A stretch of 64,000 nt of DNA from Mobula hypostoma. Lineage: Eukaryota. How positions within the stretch are numbered: position 1 is the stretch's first letter; every line of letters begins with the position of its first letter. Location: NCBI RefSeq assembly GCF_963921235.1, contig NC_086109.1:32056001-32120000 (forward strand), written 5' to 3'. A program made the translations under genes and the position numbers. Positions 63,227 through 64,000 of this stretch are shown here, piece after piece. The notes beneath the pieces were generated by a model. The model was given only the letters and a program-made list of their open reading frames with translations. It did not search any database and had not been told where the DNA came from.

Positions 63227-64000
63227 CGTCATTCTGGTTTCCCGCAGTGGAGCTGTATTTGAGAAAATTTAGTCAAATTCTATCTGAGGAAGGAAAAGGG
63301 TCTGAGAATTTGCAAAGTAACATCTCAGCAAATCAAAACTACATTTCAGAAACTACAGAAGATAAGGCAGACGGGTGAACATTTTTGAGGAGGAGAAGAT
63401 TTCACTTCATATGGAAACTTAATTGAGTCCCGAGGTGAAGATAAAATGGAATAAAGCTGATCTAGGAAAATGCTGGAATGGTCATTGACTGAACCGGAAG
63501 AGAAACAAAACATCAAAGCAGGAAGTTAAGATATGTTTATACTGAAGAGGGCAGAGTAAAGTTAAGAATGGTTAAGATTTGCTAAGGACGTGGCCTGGAA
63601 GACTAGTGCGCCTTCAGGGTGCTGGATTTTCATGGCTCTGGAGACGGGCTGACTGAAGCATCATGGGAGAACATGGAACATTGGGAGCTGCTGGCCGTGT
63701 GCCCACAGTCCTGAGCCTTTCCAGGGTGATTCTCTGGGTGCAGGGCTTGGAAAAAGCAATGTAACAGACTTTATCATAAACTAGAGAGTTGTTTGTTATG
63801 TCTCCTTTCTCTCTGTGAAACGGAAACACCTCTTTTTCTCTGATTAGGAACAGAGAGAGCCTGTGGTATGTCGAATTACGGGGTGAATGAGTAGTCTTTG
63901 GGGTACTTCATGTCTGTGTGTTTATCGATGCTTTGCTGCATGCTTGAGTGCTTGGTGGAGGGCAATGATGCTTTTTTGCTGGTGGGGGGAATGTTACTTT

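Overview
This is eukaryotic (vertebrate) genomic DNA, AT-rich and largely intronic or intergenic. The repeat content (V-domain HE1-like SINEs, CR1 with a (TTCTATGT)n tail, Rex1/Babar, Penelope) suggests a cartilaginous fish; this is inference, not a database result. I could not identify any host gene with confidence, and only two weak exon candidates are noted. The centrepiece is a full-length, TSD-bounded, decayed L1 element (20993-30168) whose ORF2 carries four younger nested insertions: a non-autonomous retroelement, two Penelope-like insertions carrying minimal hammerhead ribozyme motifs, and a 5'-inverted CR1 joined through a 64-bp templated copy of nearby DNA. Also present are a young CR1 with an uninterrupted 548-codon RT frame, several Rex1/Babar remnants, a Tc1 derivative with a nested SINE and a probable solo LTR, many SINE and CR1 fragments, and three minisatellites, including a ~1.8-kb 29-bp array. 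There is no CRISPR array and no prokaryotic content. Boundaries of old fragments are approximate and family names come from recognised motifs, not from searches.
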